DNA of 64,000 bases from an uncultured Verrucomicrobiae bacterium (GCA_963762565.1 CAVXLD010000005.1:548338-612337), one strand, 5' to 3'. Positions 42,550 to 51,253 are shown, counted from the stretch's first letter. Numbers and translations: made by a program. The notes: generated by a model from the letters alone, not told the origin.

Positions 42550-42775
42550 CAACTTCAACCCGCTACTCAGGTGTAGTTTTCGAGCAAGTAACAAATGGCA
42601 CTATTCCGGTACTCCAATAATCCGTCACCCTGTTTTTGCGTGATGAGATGGAGGGCGAAACGCCTCATGAAATGGAGGGATTGCCTGCGTGTCTAGGACC
42701 CCAGCTGACTGCCGAAATCCGACGTTGCCCCCTCTCCCCCTTTAGCTATGTCGGACAAGTTTGGAGGACAACCCC

Positions 42776-42871
42776 ATGAGGCGACCTAACTTCCAACAAC
42801 AGAAGACCCATCGCGAGGTTTGCGGCGATGCCAGTTTTGCGTTGGCAAAACGCCTCGATGGCGACATCTGA
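42776..42871 (+). pseudogene. internally deleted mini-NHLP ORF (31 aa)
   Basis: GGAGG RBS; MRRPNFQQQKTHREVCGDASFALAKRLDGDI joins the NHLP N-terminus to its C-terminus. Confidence 0.7.
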
Positions 42872-43023
42872 GTCGCCGCTTGTCAGGGTTTGGACCGCCG
42901 CTCGTCCCAATCAGGTTGCCGGGAGTTTTTCGCGACGGTAATTTCGCTGAACATTGCCGCCCAAGTTGTCGAGATGAACGACAATCAATTAATTAACAAC
43001 AATCAAAGACGAGAAACAAGATC

Positions 43024-43380
43024 ATGAGCACAGAAAAACTCCAAGCCTTCGCGGAAGCTGTTGGCAAGAGCGAAGAGCTGCAAAAGCGCGTGGCTTCGAT
43101 TCAGGCGGAATCCGCCAGAACGACCGCCGAAAAGCTCGCCAAGTTGTCCGAGAGTGCCGGTACGCCTTTTACCGCTGAGGAGTACTTGCACTCGGTGTTA
43201 GAGTCATCGGAGGGGATGTCCGCGCAACAATTGCATAGCGTGGCCGGTGGAGTTTGGGACCCGTCGGCCACGAACATTGTCACCTCTATCTTTTCTGCAG
43301 GCATAGTGTGCGGACTCTTTGCGACCGCTTCAGCCATTGGGAAGGGAGACGCTGATCAGTGCCAAGTTAAGATGGGATAA
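43024..43380 (+). CDS. Nif11-leader precursor 16
   Basis: core VWDPSATNIVTSIFSAGIVCGLFATASAIGKGDADQCQVKMG. Confidence 0.92.
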   Translation: MSTEKLQAFAEAVGKSEELQKRVASIQAESARTTAEKLAKLSESAGTPFTAEEYLHSVLESSEGMSAQQLHSVAGGVWDPSATNIVTSIFSAGIVCGLFATASAIGKGDADQCQVKMG

Positions 43381-43603
43381 GTGCCAAGTTAAGATTTAAG
43401 TAAAGACAGCACTACCCGCGCAGTTAGCAACTTCAACCCGCTACTCGGATGCAATTCGAGCAAGTAACAAATGGCAGTACTCCGGTACTCCAAGAATCCC
43501 TTACTCTGCTTTTGTATGATGAGACGGCGACGAAGCACCTGATGAACTGGAGGGATTGCGTCTCCAGGACCCCAGTTGACTGTCGAAATTGGAGGACAAC
43601 CCC

Positions 43604-43698
43604 ATGAGGCGACCTAACTTCCAACAACAGAAGACCCATCGCGAGGTTTGCGGCGATGCCAGTTTTGCGTTGGCAAACGCCTCGATGGCTACATCTGA
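43604..43698 (+). pseudogene. second mini-NHLP copy (1-nt deletion)
   Basis: near-identical to 42776-42871, one A shorter near 43675. Confidence 0.65.
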
Positions 43699-43853
43699 GT
43701 CGCCGCTTGTCAGGGTTTGGACCGCCGCTCGTCCCAATCAGGTTGCTGAGAGCTGTTTGCCAGGATAGCCGTCGCCGAACATTGCCGCCCAAGTTGTTGA
43801 TGTGAGCGACAATCAATTAACTAACAACCATCAATAAGACCAGAAGCAAGATC

Positions 43854-44225
43854 ATGAGCCAAGAAAAACTGCAGGCCTTCGTAGAAGTCGTTAGCAAGAG
43901 CGAAGAGTTGCAAAAGCGATTCAATTTGATTCAGATGGAAGCGGTCAAATCGACCGCTGAAAAGCTGGCCAAGTTGTCCGAGAGTGCCGGTACGCCTTTT
44001 ACCGCTGAGGAGTACTTGAAGTCGGTGGCAGAGTCATTAGAGGAGATGTCCACGGAACAATTGCGTAGTGTGGCCGGTGGTGAATTCTCTCTCTCTGCTG
44101 ATGAGGGTCTCAAGTTTATGAACTCGATTATAGGTAGTTTCGGTGGTAGCCAATGCGTAGTCACGCTGATTCATTCGCTCGCAGAAAAGGGCAACCCTTT
44201 AGAGTGTATACCAGTTAGAAAGTAA
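43854..44225 (+). CDS. Nif11-leader precursor 17
   Basis: core EFSLSADEGLKFMNSIIGSFGGSQCVVTLIHSLAEKGNPLECIPVRK. Confidence 0.92.
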   Translation: MSQEKLQAFVEVVSKSEELQKRFNLIQMEAVKSTAEKLAKLSESAGTPFTAEEYLKSVAESLEEMSTEQLRSVAGGEFSLSADEGLKFMNSIIGSFGGSQCVVTLIHSLAEKGNPLECIPVRK

Positions 44226-44253
44226 CCTGATAAATAAGACCCGAAGAAGGATC

Positions 44254-44360
44254 ATGAGCCAAGAAAAACTCCAGGCCTTTGCGGAAGCTGTTCGCAAGAG
44301 CGAAGCGTTGCGAAAACGATTCGCTTCGATTCAGTAGGAGGCCGCCGAAAAGCTCGCCAC
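44254..44360 (+). pseudogene. truncated precursor with in-frame stop
   Basis: MSQEKLQAFAEAVRKSEALRKRFASIQ* fused to next cassette. Confidence 0.8.
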
Positions 44361-44527
44361 GGCCACATCTGAACCGCCGCTTGTCAAGGTTTGGACCGCC
44401 GCTCGTCCCAATCAGGTTGCCGAGAGCTGTTCGCCACGATAGATGTCGCCGAACATTGCCCCTCAAGTTGTTGGTGTGAGCGACGATTAATTAAGTAACA
44501 ATCATCAATAAGACCGGAAGCAAGATC

Positions 44528-44884
44528 ATGAGCCAAGAAAAACTACAGGCCTTCGCGGAAGCTGTTAGCAAGAGCGAAGAGCTGCAAAAGCGATTCAATT
44601 CGATTCAGGTGGAAGCGGCCCGAACAACCGCTGAAAAGCTGGCCAAGTTGTCTGAGAGCGCCGGTACGCCTTTTACCGCTGAGGAGTACTTGAATTCGGT
44701 GGCAGAGTCATCAGAGGAGATGTCCGCGCAACAGTTGCATGGCGTGGCCGGTGGAGTTTGGGACCCGTCGTCCCATAACATCTTAGTCTCTATCGGTACT
44801 TTAGGCTTAGGGTGTGCACTCAAGGCGATCATTTCAGCCGCGGAGGGAGACGTTGATAAGTGCCAAATGAAGCGGCCAACTTAA
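44528..44884 (+). CDS. Nif11-leader precursor 18
   Basis: core VWDPSSHNILVSIGTLGLGCALKAIISAAEGDVDKCQMKRPT. Confidence 0.92.
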   Translation: MSQEKLQAFAEAVSKSEELQKRFNSIQVEAARTTAEKLAKLSESAGTPFTAEEYLNSVAESSEEMSAQQLHGVAGGVWDPSSHNILVSIGTLGLGCALKAIISAAEGDVDKCQMKRPT

Positions 44885-44979
44885 GTAAAGGCAGCATTAG
44901 CCGCGTAGCGGACTGCCGAAATCCGACGTCGCCCCATCTCCCCCTTTAGCTATGTCGGACAAGTTTGGAGGACTACCCC

Positions 44980-45285
44980 ATGAGGCAACCTAACTTCCAA
45001 CAAATGACCCGTCGCGAGATCGAAGATTACATGATCGAAAGAAGCTTAGTAGATCCAGAGTTTCGTGCTCGTCTGATCGAAAATCCACGTGAGACGGTAT
45101 CTGGGCTCGGGTTGCCGGTGGGCGCAGACGTCAAGATTCAAGTATTGGTAGAAGAACCCGACTCGTTCTGCATCGTACTGCCGCGAGTCCTGCGGGAGTC
45201 GCATGAACTCCCTGCGGAAGCTTTGAGCGATATAGCCGGTGGCGGCAGCTTTCCTCTGGCAGATCTTTTCAAGGGTTACATCTAA
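44980..45285 (+). CDS. NHLP (nitrile hydratase-like leader) precursor peptide
   Basis: TRREIE..IERSLVDPEFRARLIENPR..IQVLVEE..IVLP..EL..EALSDIAGG; 13-aa core GSFPLADLFKGYI. Confidence 0.9.
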   Translation: MRQPNFQQMTRREIEDYMIERSLVDPEFRARLIENPRETVSGLGLPVGADVKIQVLVEEPDSFCIVLPRVLRESHELPAEALSDIAGGGSFPLADLFKGYI

Positions 45286-45339
45286 GTCTTAGATCCGAAA
45301 ATTAGATCTGCAGTTCCGAAATGCACGAGAAGTAAGATC

Positions 45340-45681
45340 ATGAGCAAAGAAAAACTCCAGGCCTTCGCCGAGGCGGTTAGTAGAAGCGAAGAGCTACAAA
45401 AACGATTGGCTGAAATTCAGGTGGAAACCGCTAGGTTGACAGCCGAGAAGATGGCCAAGTTGTCTGAGAGCGCTGGTATCCCCTTCACCGCAGAGGAGTA
45501 TTTGAAGTTGGTGGCAGAGTCATCAGTGGAGATGTCAGCAGAACAATTGCAGAGCGTGGCCGGTGGAAAAGCTGGGGAATCAGCTGTCAGAGAGACTACT
45601 TACCCTTGGGAACCAGGGTGTAACAATACGCGCGTTACGGTTTTGCAGGGAGTTGAGTGTTTGCCGAAACCGGCGCTGTAA
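45340..45681 (+). CDS. Nif11-leader precursor 19
   Basis: core KAGESAVRETTYPWEPGCNNTRVTVLQGVECLPKPAL. Confidence 0.9.
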   Translation: MSKEKLQAFAEAVSRSEELQKRLAEIQVETARLTAEKMAKLSESAGIPFTAEEYLKLVAESSVEMSAEQLQSVAGGKAGESAVRETTYPWEPGCNNTRVTVLQGVECLPKPAL

Positions 45682-45765
45682 ATTGCCGACAAGTCCGACC
45701 TCGTTAGCAGCGATTCTGCCTAAACCGAACTTCGTCGCCCAAATGGGCGCTGTGAGCAGCAATCA

Positions 45766-48700
45766 ATGGCAATCGACCTGATGGATGTCTGGACGGAGGC
45801 GTTGTCGCCGGAGCGGGATACTCGTCGCTTGGAGCAACGGCTTCGCTTTCTTGGATGGAGCCACGATGAGGCGCGAAACCGCTTGTCCGACGATTTTTTA
45901 TTCGATGCGCGAAAGGAACCTGCCGCGCTCTCTTTGCTGGAAGGCGGTCTTGCGCGTTTTGAGCGCTCAGGCCCCGCCAAACGGAGGGATAGCGGGCGCG
46001 GGAGACAGAGTTCCGATAAAGTCCTTCCTTTCGAAGAAGTACTCTCCCCGTTCGCGTTCGCTGCCGCCTCAGACCTGATACGAAAAGAGAGACGACGCTG
46101 GCTGAAACTGATGTCGAGACCCGCCCGGCGCGCTTTAGTCAGGAGTTTACTTGAGCGGTTGTGCGAAACCGCCGCTCCGGCACTATCGGCGGCTCTGAGG
46201 CGGCGCCCTCAAGCGCTCTACCTGATGTTACCGGGGGTGCGTCTCCCCCAAAAAAGAACCTTACCTGCGTTTCGTAGACGGATTGCGACAGGGAGGTCTG
46301 CGCACCATGCTTGCTGATTTAACCGTGCTCGGGCGCCTAATTTGCGCACGGATGGAACAATGGCAGGCTGCTACCGCCGAGTTTCTTCTGCGTCTACAGA
46401 ATGACGCTCCGGTGTTGCAAGCGAGTTTTGGTCTCGAGAAAATCTGGAGCGCTCATCTCCAATGTGACCTTGGTGATTCCCATCAGGAGGGAAGGAACGT
46501 GATGGCAATCACCTTTCTTGATGGCAAGCGGCTCGTATATAAACCGCGTTGCGTGCGTATGGGCGAGGCCTGGTTCGAATTGTTGGAATGGCTGAAACGG
46601 GAAGACGCCAGCTTTTCGTTGTCAGCACCGCGAGTGCTGAGTCGCCAGAACTATGGTTGGGTGGAATGGGTTGACCCGGCGACGAATCCAGATGAACGCG
46701 GAGCGGAGCTCTACTACCAACGCGCTGGAGAACTGCTGGCTTTAGCCTGGCTCTTCTCCGCCACGGACCTGCACCAAGAAAATGTTATTGCTACCCAGGA
46801 CGGGCCTGTGATTATCGATCTCGAGACTTTATTTACTCCGGTCGTACGACCGTTTTTTACCAGCCGGCAAGAACTGGAGCTGACCGCGGGAACAAATGAC
46901 GTCGGCGTTGGCATCCTGATGACTTCGCTCTTACCGGTATGGCAGGTGAACGAAGACGGTCGCGCCCGGGACCTCAGCGGGTTCGCCGGCCGGATGCGAG
47001 AGGAAGCATCTTATGCTGAACCAATTTGGGTCGAGCTCGGCACAGACCAGATTCGACTCGAACCAAGGCTCGTGCGAGGTTCGCAACCTCATAATATTCC
47101 GAGAGACGGCGAGGGGCGTCTTGTCCTGCCTTACGATTATAGCGAAGCCATTGTGGAAGGGTTTATTCGCACGACGCGTTTTATGCTTGGGCGCCGGACG
47201 CAGCTCCTGGATCCGAATGGGATCCTGGCTCCGTTTCGGGAAGGGCAAATACGCTACTTGATTCGTGACAGCCAAATCTATGGGGTGATGCTGCACCGGC
47301 TCCTAAAACCAGAATTTCTCGGCAGTTTCGCGGTTCGGGATATCGAGATCGAGAAGTTAGCCCAAGCCTATTTCCCTATAACGGTTGAGGAGCCCCGGCC
47401 CGACGCCTGGAACTGTTATGACGGTGAGCGACACGCACTCACTAAGGGCGATGTTCCGCTCTTTCACGCAAAGACCGACGAGTTCACGTTGCATGGTGAC
47501 GGGGGTATCCAGGTCCACGATTATTTTTGGAGAACGGGCTGGAACGTCGTGCAAACTAGATTGTCCAATCTCGATGAAGCCGCTATCGCCGAGCAAGCCG
47601 GGTTGATCAGAGCGAGCCTTGAGTCGAGCTCAATCCGTCCAGGTATTGCGCGCGATGAAACTTCCGTTGGGCTGATCACCGAGCAGAACCACGACCGAGA
47701 AGGAAGCATCCTCAATCCGCCTCCGGATTCGACCTCAAACCATCTAGTCGAACACGCAACAAACGCCTCCCGTTTGTTCAATGCCGCCGAGCGGATTGCA
47801 GCCGACATCGAGCGCCGCACCGTTCCGCTCCGGCGAGGCGGTGTCACCTGGCTCAGTGTCTCTTTTGACCCACTCTATAAAAGACAAGTCTCAGCGGTGC
47901 TCGGATTGGACCTCTATGGCGGCAACCTCGGAGTCGCTATTTTCTTGGCTGCTCTTGCCTATACCACCGGGGAGCGCCGTTGGGCGGCTCTAGCCGAACA
48001 ATGCACGCGCAAACAACTAGACCAGTTACAAGCGCCCGAGATGCGGGCGGTCATCCAACGCATGCCACTCGGGATCGGAACTGGCGTTGGCTCCCTGATT
48101 GAAGGATGTCGAGTACTTGGGGGACTCCTGGGTGACGAGCGGTATCTACTCAGTGGCGGGTACTTTTCCGACTTCGTTTCTGTCGCTGCCGAAGCGAAAC
48201 AGATGGAATCGGATGTACTTGGCGGCATGGCCGGAGGCATCCTGGCACTCTTAAACCTCCACCGCGCAATATCTGCACCCGAGCTACTGGAAAGAGCGAC
48301 CAATCTTGGCTTGGCGCTTTTGGAAAACCGGGTGCAAGCTTCGACCGGACATGCCGTCTGGTTGAGCAGCTTCGCCGAGCGACCTCTGACTGGATTCGGA
48401 CACGGAGCTGCAGGGATTGCTCTGGCTCTGCATCGGCTCGGACAGGCGACAGGGGAGACCATCTTTTCCGCGGCCGCGGAGGAAGCGATCGGTTATGAGC
48501 GGGCGGTATTTGATCCGAAGGCAGTTAATTGGCCGGATTTTCGTCGCGGTGCATTCAAGCCCGGCCAGAAGTCGTTCATGTATGGGTGGTGTACGGGGCC
48601 GGCGGGTATCGGTCTTGCCAGACTGGCCCAATTTGGTGGAGCGACCCCTGAGGTCAGTGAGGAAATACAGGCTGCCATCGCCGACGCTACGTCGGGACCA

Positions 48701-48979
48701 ATTTTCCCGGCAGGTCATCTGTGTTGTGGCCGATGCGGACGGATAGAACTGCTTCTCGAGGCGGCCAATCGTCTCACCGACAATACACTGCGAGATGCAG
48801 CGGTCTCCCAGGCGATACTGCTCGAATCGCAGGCTCAGGAATCAGGATTTTATGCGCTAAACGGAGCCGATCGCGGCCGGCTGTTTGCGCCTTCTTTTTT
48901 TCAGGGCACTTCCGGCATAGGCTATACATTTCTCCGGATACTGAACCCTCAATTACCTTCCGTTCTATCGTTAGGCTAG
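45766..48979 (+). CDS. lanM: class II lanthipeptide synthetase LanM, CCG (ProcM-like) type; one frameshift near 46250
   Basis: dehydratase GDSH, LVYKPR, TDLHQENVIA, IDLETLF; cyclase DLYGG, GFGHGAAG, WCTG, LCCG, FFQGTSGIGY; about 1070 codons when joined. Confidence 0.95.
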
Positions 48980-49184
48980 AAGACCGCGGCTACCTCGCTA
49001 GAGATATAACATACTTGATTTATCTTTGTAGTTAGAGCTTTGACTTGATATGCTCCGAACGCAGCAAAGTTATTCAGCTCGGAGCCTGTCACAAGTCACA
49101 CTAGTTAAGCTAGGAGGAACGAGCCTGCATTTCTGCGATGACCGTGATAATCGGCTTCCAGTGTGCTTTTTGAGCCTGTTTTCA

Positions 49185-49391
49185 CATCCAGCCGACACTA
49201 TACCAATTGTTCCGCGGACGTCTCCTCTGATGACTCTGCCACCGACTTCAAATACTCCTCTGCAGTGAAGAGGGTACCAGCGCTCTCGGACAATTTGGCC
49301 ATCTTCTCGGCTGTCGATTGAGAAATTTCCACATGCAGGGATGCGGGTCGTTTTTGTAGCCCCTCGCTCTTGCTAACGGCCTCGGCGAAGC
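49185..49391 (-). pseudogene. decayed Nif11 precursor downstream of lanM
   Basis: revcomp reads FAEAVSKSEGLQKR..TAEKMAKLSESAGTLFTAEEYLKSVAESSEETSAEQL, no start, degenerate GG site. Confidence 0.8.
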
Positions 49392-49699
49392 AGGACAGCT
49401 TGGCTTCTGCGAAATACAGAACTGTTTGATTGATGGCAATGGCGCCCCATCAGGGGGTGCTGGCGTCTCCTCAATAAATGGCCGAAACTTGGTACAACAT
49501 TGTCAGATCCTGGACTATGATACCGGCGCTGATTCTGATAATGGCAAAACCATTTTCATCGCCAACTCTATTTTCAATTGCACGATCGGACTCAGCATGC
49601 TGAAGAGTGATAAATACCAAGGGAATGTGACCAACGGATGCACGACTCCTTTCTCCGGTGGAACTGCAGTAGGAGACGAAAATAACTAGCTAAAGTTGT

Positions 49700-50557
49700 T
49701 TACTCTGTACGGTTCTGCATTTCCGCGATGGCCTTGACAATGGGTCGCGGTGAAACGGATGTCTGGCCTTTGAACGGCTCGTCGAAGATGAAAACAAGGG
49801 CCACGAGCAATGCAAGCCCGAACCCCTGGCCGCCGAACGCCAACGCGCCACCAAACGTGGCTTCAGAGAATGCTGCCAGTAGGAGCAGTATTGACAGTAA
49901 GGCAATGATTGTCTCCCAGAAGATCCACGGTAACTCGAGTTCAGTGGCCGCAACCAAGCGCGTCTTACGGTCTGCTGCAATTTCATCAGCTTTTTTGAGC
50001 ATCTCCGCATAGATCAGGCTCTGGCGTCCAGGCGTCGGCTCGATTTTAAGTATCGCGCGCGAAATTGGGGTGAACAGCGCGGCGGTCCGCTCGCTCGGTC
50101 TGCCTTTACGTAGTTCCGGCCACTCATCCATTACGATCGAGTTTGCATAGTCGCGCAGGGATACCCTGATCGCACCGTTGCCAGGGTCACCATACCGGAC
50201 GAGCAAACGATCCATCTGCGCGAGGTTGTGGGCCTCCGTGCCGATCTGCGTTTCGAGGTTCCGGAGATTGTTATGCGCCTGAACGAGTGAGAACGCTAGA
50301 ACCAGCCCCGTAAATCCGATCACTACGCCCAAAGCATTGCGTGCAGCCTCAGAGTGATCGCTTGGCACCTGGATACGCAGCAGTTTTTCTCGCAAAAACG
50401 GCGCTCCAGCAAGCAGGCCGGCCCCAACCGTGCCGAACAGCAGCGCGATGCCGACGTCAGAAAGGCCGTACAACCAGTTAAAAATGGTTTCTACTCCTAC
50501 CAGCGGGAAGAGGAATAGTGGGGATTGCGTGAGGGGCGTCTTAGGAGCTGCGATCAC
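49700..50557 (-). CDS. DUF4239-like membrane protein
   Basis: four TM helices, LVLAFSLV, Y..S.V.DEWP, DEPFKG..SVS..P pattern. Confidence 0.7.
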   Translation of the reverse strand: MIAAPKTPLTQSPLFLFPLVGVETIFNWLYGLSDVGIALLFGTVGAGLLAGAPFLREKLLRIQVPSDHSEAARNALGVVIGFTGLVLAFSLVQAHNNLRNLETQIGTEAHNLAQMDRLLVRYGDPGNGAIRVSLRDYANSIVMDEWPELRKGRPSERTAALFTPISRAILKIEPTPGRQSLIYAEMLKKADEIAADRKTRLVAATELELPWIFWETIIALLSILLLLAAFSEATFGGALAFGGQGFGLALLVALVFIFDEPFKGQTSVSPRPIVKAIAEMQNRTE

Positions 50558-50635
50558 TGCGCGGAGCCTCCTCCATAAGTAGACACAGTTAGATGATGGA
50601 AGCTTCGCGCGGAATCAGCAATCACAAACTACGAG

Positions 50636-51253
50636 GTGATCTCGCTCAGTAAAGTCTGGGAGTCTATTCATGAGCTCGAAGAACCAGGGACTGTGCTCCC
50701 ATACGACCAAGCCGGGGCGGAACGAGGCAACGCGGACAAAATCAACAAAGAACTCTCCAGCTACGATGACGACGCCAAGGCCGCGGTAGGATATCTAAAA
50801 TCGCTTCCTAAATGTACCGGCAAGATCGGCTGTATGGGTTTCTGTATCGGTGGACACCTTGCCTTCAGATCTGCGACTAACCCCGAAGTGCTGGCGGCGA
50901 CCTGTTGTTATCCGACCGACATCCACACGAGGACTCTGGGCAAAGGCTTAAGCGACGATACGCTGGATCGAATCCCTGAGATCAAGGGCGAACTCCTGGT
51001 CGTGTTTGGCCGGCAAGACCCACACGTTCCCTGCGAAGGCCGGTCAACGATTTACGATGCGCTGACCGACGCAGAAACAAACTTCACCTGGCACGAATTC
51101 AACGCCGCCCATGCCTTTATGCGGGACGAAGGGGCTCGCTACGACGCGGCTGCCGCGCGGATGGTCTATGCAATGGCGCTGGACCTTTTCTACCGCAAGC
51201 TTAGCAGGGGCGACCTTTCGCAAATTCAAGGCTCCGCCGAGACGCGTCGTTAG
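50636..51253 (+). CDS. dienelactone hydrolase family protein (probably N-terminally truncated)
   Basis: IGCMGFCIGG, QDPHVP, HAFMRDEG. Confidence 0.8.
   Translation: MISLSKVWESIHELEEPGTVLPYDQAGAERGNADKINKELSSYDDDAKAAVGYLKSLPKCTGKIGCMGFCIGGHLAFRSATNPEVLAATCCYPTDIHTRTLGKGLSDDTLDRIPEIKGELLVVFGRQDPHVPCEGRSTIYDALTDAETNFTWHEFNAAHAFMRDEGARYDAAAARMVYAMALDLFYRKLSRGDLSQIQGSAETRR

Larger units (their letters stand above)
31285..44527. repeat. dispersed 150-200 bp precursor-upstream cassette, 15 copies (LytTR-like direct repeat promoter)
   Basis: core CCGCTTGTCAGGGTTTG(G/A)ACCGCCGCTCGTCCCAATC on + near 31291, 32346, 33211, 34225, 34792, 35367, 37624, 38664, 39535, 42039, 42876, 43704, 44377 and on - near 36826 and 37408. 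Confidence 0.92.

Noticed and set aside
31285..44527. Repeated cassette as a CRISPR array or integron attC series
   Set aside because: Units are 150-200 bp separated by whole genes. There are no cas genes or intI, and no R''/R' GTTRRRY-ended palindrome; the conserved core is a direct repeat.
31509..44832. Family of antisense ORFs (PPATLxNC..DDSAT..YSSAVKGVPALSD) and MGRAAVQTLTSG ORFs
   Set aside because: These are shadows of the conserved leader and cassette DNA, with no RBS or consistent ends.
44980..45285. Nitrile hydratase alpha subunit, or a thiazole/proteusin pathway
   Set aside because: It lacks the metal-binding CxxCSC motif and ends in a GG leader site. No YcaO or radical SAM gene is in the window.
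31429..45681. Diversity-generating retroelement producing the variable cores
   Set aside because: There is no reverse transcriptase in the window, and core differences include indels and all base types rather than adenine-specific changes.
49400..49689. Complete CDS for a beta-helix-like protein
   Set aside because: It looks like a C-terminal fragment abutting a decayed precursor, with no credible start.
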